Source of the DNA: Phycisphaerales bacterium
GTDB lineage: Bacteria > Planctomycetota > Phycisphaerae > UBA1845 > G020352895
NCBI GenBank assembly: GCA_020352895.1
Contig: CP070685.1
Coordinates: 1,819,120-1,844,244, forward strand
DNA: 25,125 nt
Direction: 5' to 3'
A program made the position numbers and the translations under genes. Each line of letters begins with the position of its first letter. Positions within the stretch are counted from its first letter, which is position 1. The notes under the pieces were generated by a model. That model saw only the letters and a list, made by a program, of their open reading frames with translations, made no database searches and was not told where the DNA came from. Shown piece after piece: positions 24,091-25,125 of the stretch.

Positions 24091-25116
24091 GTGCACGTGC
24101 AGCCCAGCAACGACAGGAAAGCCATCCTCCAGCGTGGCCGGCAGATCATCGAGCAGGAGCTCGACGCCGCCCGGAGCGTCCTGGAGCGTCTGGATCCCGA
24201 GTCCTTCCCCGCGGCCGTCCTGGAGATCGCCAACGCCAAGGGCCGACTCGTGGTCACCGGGATCGGCAAGGCCGGGCTCATCGGCCAGAAGATTGCCGCC
24301 ACCTTCTCCAGCACCGGCACGCCTGCTTTCGTTCTGCATCCGGTGGAGGCCCTCCACGGCGACCTGGGCATGGTCCGCCCGGGTGACGTCGTCCTGGCAC
24401 TGTCGAACTCCGGCCAGACCGACGAGCTTCGCCGCACTTTGGCCGCCCTCAAGCAGCTCGACTGTCGCATCATCATCATTACCGGCCGCCGCGACTCATC
24501 CTGTGCTCAGCTCTGCGACATCGTCCTGGACTTCGGCCGCGTGGCCGAGGCCTGCCCGCTGGGTCTGGCCCCAAGCTCCTCCACCGCCGCCATGCTCGTG
24601 CTGGGAGACGCCCTGGCCCTGACCGTCATGTTCCAGAAGGACGTGCCCCGCGAGCAGTACGCCCGCTTCCACCCCGCCGGTGAGCTCGGCCGCAGTCTCA
24701 TGCGCGTTCACGAGATCATGCGCTCCGGCGACCAGTGTCCGCAGATCAGTCCGGATCAAACCATTCGCGACTACATCAACGTCATACGCCGCGCCGCCGA
24801 AAAGAGCCCCGCCCGAGCGAGCGGTGCCGTGGCCGTCGTGGACGAGCGCGGGCACCTGGTGGGCTTCTTCACCGACGGCGATCTTCGCCGGCTCATCGAC
24901 GTGCGCGACCGGCCGGCCGACGCCCGCATCGCCGACGTCATGACCCGCAACCCCAAGTCCGCCCGCCGCGACGATTATGTCGTGGACGCCGCCAAGATCA
25001 TGCGCGAGTACCGCATCGATGAGCTGCCCGTGGTGGACGAGGCCGGCGCCTGCGTAGGCATGATCGACATCCAGGACCTCATCTCCGCCGGCTTCAGCGT
25101 CTTCGACGCCCGATAA
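24091..25116 (+). CDS. KpsF/GutQ/KdsD-family arabinose-5-phosphate isomerase (SIS domain + tandem CBS domains)
   Basis: 'LVVTGIGKAGLIGQKIAATFSSTGTPAFVLHPVEALHGDLGMV..GDVVLALSNSGQTDE' is the SIS domain. The C-terminal '...VMTRNPKSARRDDYVVDAAKIMREYRIDELPVVDE' is a CBS pair. The start is either the GTG at 24091 or the in-frame GTG at 24097, which has better spacing from GAGGTG. Confidence 0.8.
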   Translation: MHVQPSNDRKAILQRGRQIIEQELDAARSVLERLDPESFPAAVLEIANAKGRLVVTGIGKAGLIGQKIAATFSSTGTPAFVLHPVEALHGDLGMVRPGDVVLALSNSGQTDELRRTLAALKQLDCRIIIITGRRDSSCAQLCDIVLDFGRVAEACPLGLAPSSSTAAMLVLGDALALTVMFQKDVPREQYARFHPAGELGRSLMRVHEIMRSGDQCPQISPDQTIRDYINVIRRAAEKSPARASGAVAVVDERGHLVGFFTDGDLRRLIDVRDRPADARIADVMTRNPKSARRDDYVVDAAKIMREYRIDELPVVDEAGACVGMIDIQDLISAGFSVFDAR

Positions 25117-25125
25117 CTGCCGGCT

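Noticed and set aside
1-25125. Scan for CRISPR arrays, tRNA or rRNA genes, IS elements or integrases
   Set aside because: No direct-repeat/spacer periodicity, no tRNA-like cloverleaf candidates in the intergenic regions, and no transposase or integrase-like translations were seen. The only repeats are the segmental duplications of the TadG-like array and internal beta-helix repeats.

Overview
High-GC (~65%) bacterial chromosomal window, with gene content that looks Planctomycetes-like. It contains two distinct blocks. Block A (about 1-9560) is a cell-surface accessory region. It has a 5'-partial parallel beta-helix repeat protein, a GT-C membrane glycosyltransferase, and a head-to-tail array of three diverged TadE/TadG-like (Flp-pilus pseudopilin family) paralogs plus an unrelated secreted 238-aa protein, all on the minus strand. 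The array is built from a repeated non-coding module: a sigma70-like promoter with conserved geometry, a structured ~225-nt leader, an RBS, and a conserved hairpin+T5 terminator. This repeated module is the most unusual item in the window. Block B (about 14200-21760) is a bacterial microcompartment (BMC) operon on the plus strand. It encodes an RpiB-DeoC fusion, two tandem-BMC-domain shell proteins, one BMC-H, three BMC-P vertex proteins, a CoA-acylating aldehyde dehydrogenase and a class II (fuculose-phosphate-type) aldolase, so it combines PVM-type and SPU-type hallmarks. Immediately upstream sits an unusual fusion of an archaeal-type adenylate-kinase-like domain (degenerate P-loop) with a nucleoside 2-deoxyribosyltransferase-like domain. 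Between the blocks lie an SPFH/band-7 (slipin-like) protein, a possible stand-alone OmpR-C-type winged-helix protein, RNase HI (rnhA) and elongation factor P (efp). The 3' end holds a small Zn-ribbon protein, a membrane sensor histidine kinase and a KpsF/GutQ-type arabinose-5-phosphate isomerase. No tRNA, rRNA, CRISPR array or transposase/integrase was recognised. All calls come from reading the translated ORFs and the nucleotide sequence by eye; no database search was run.
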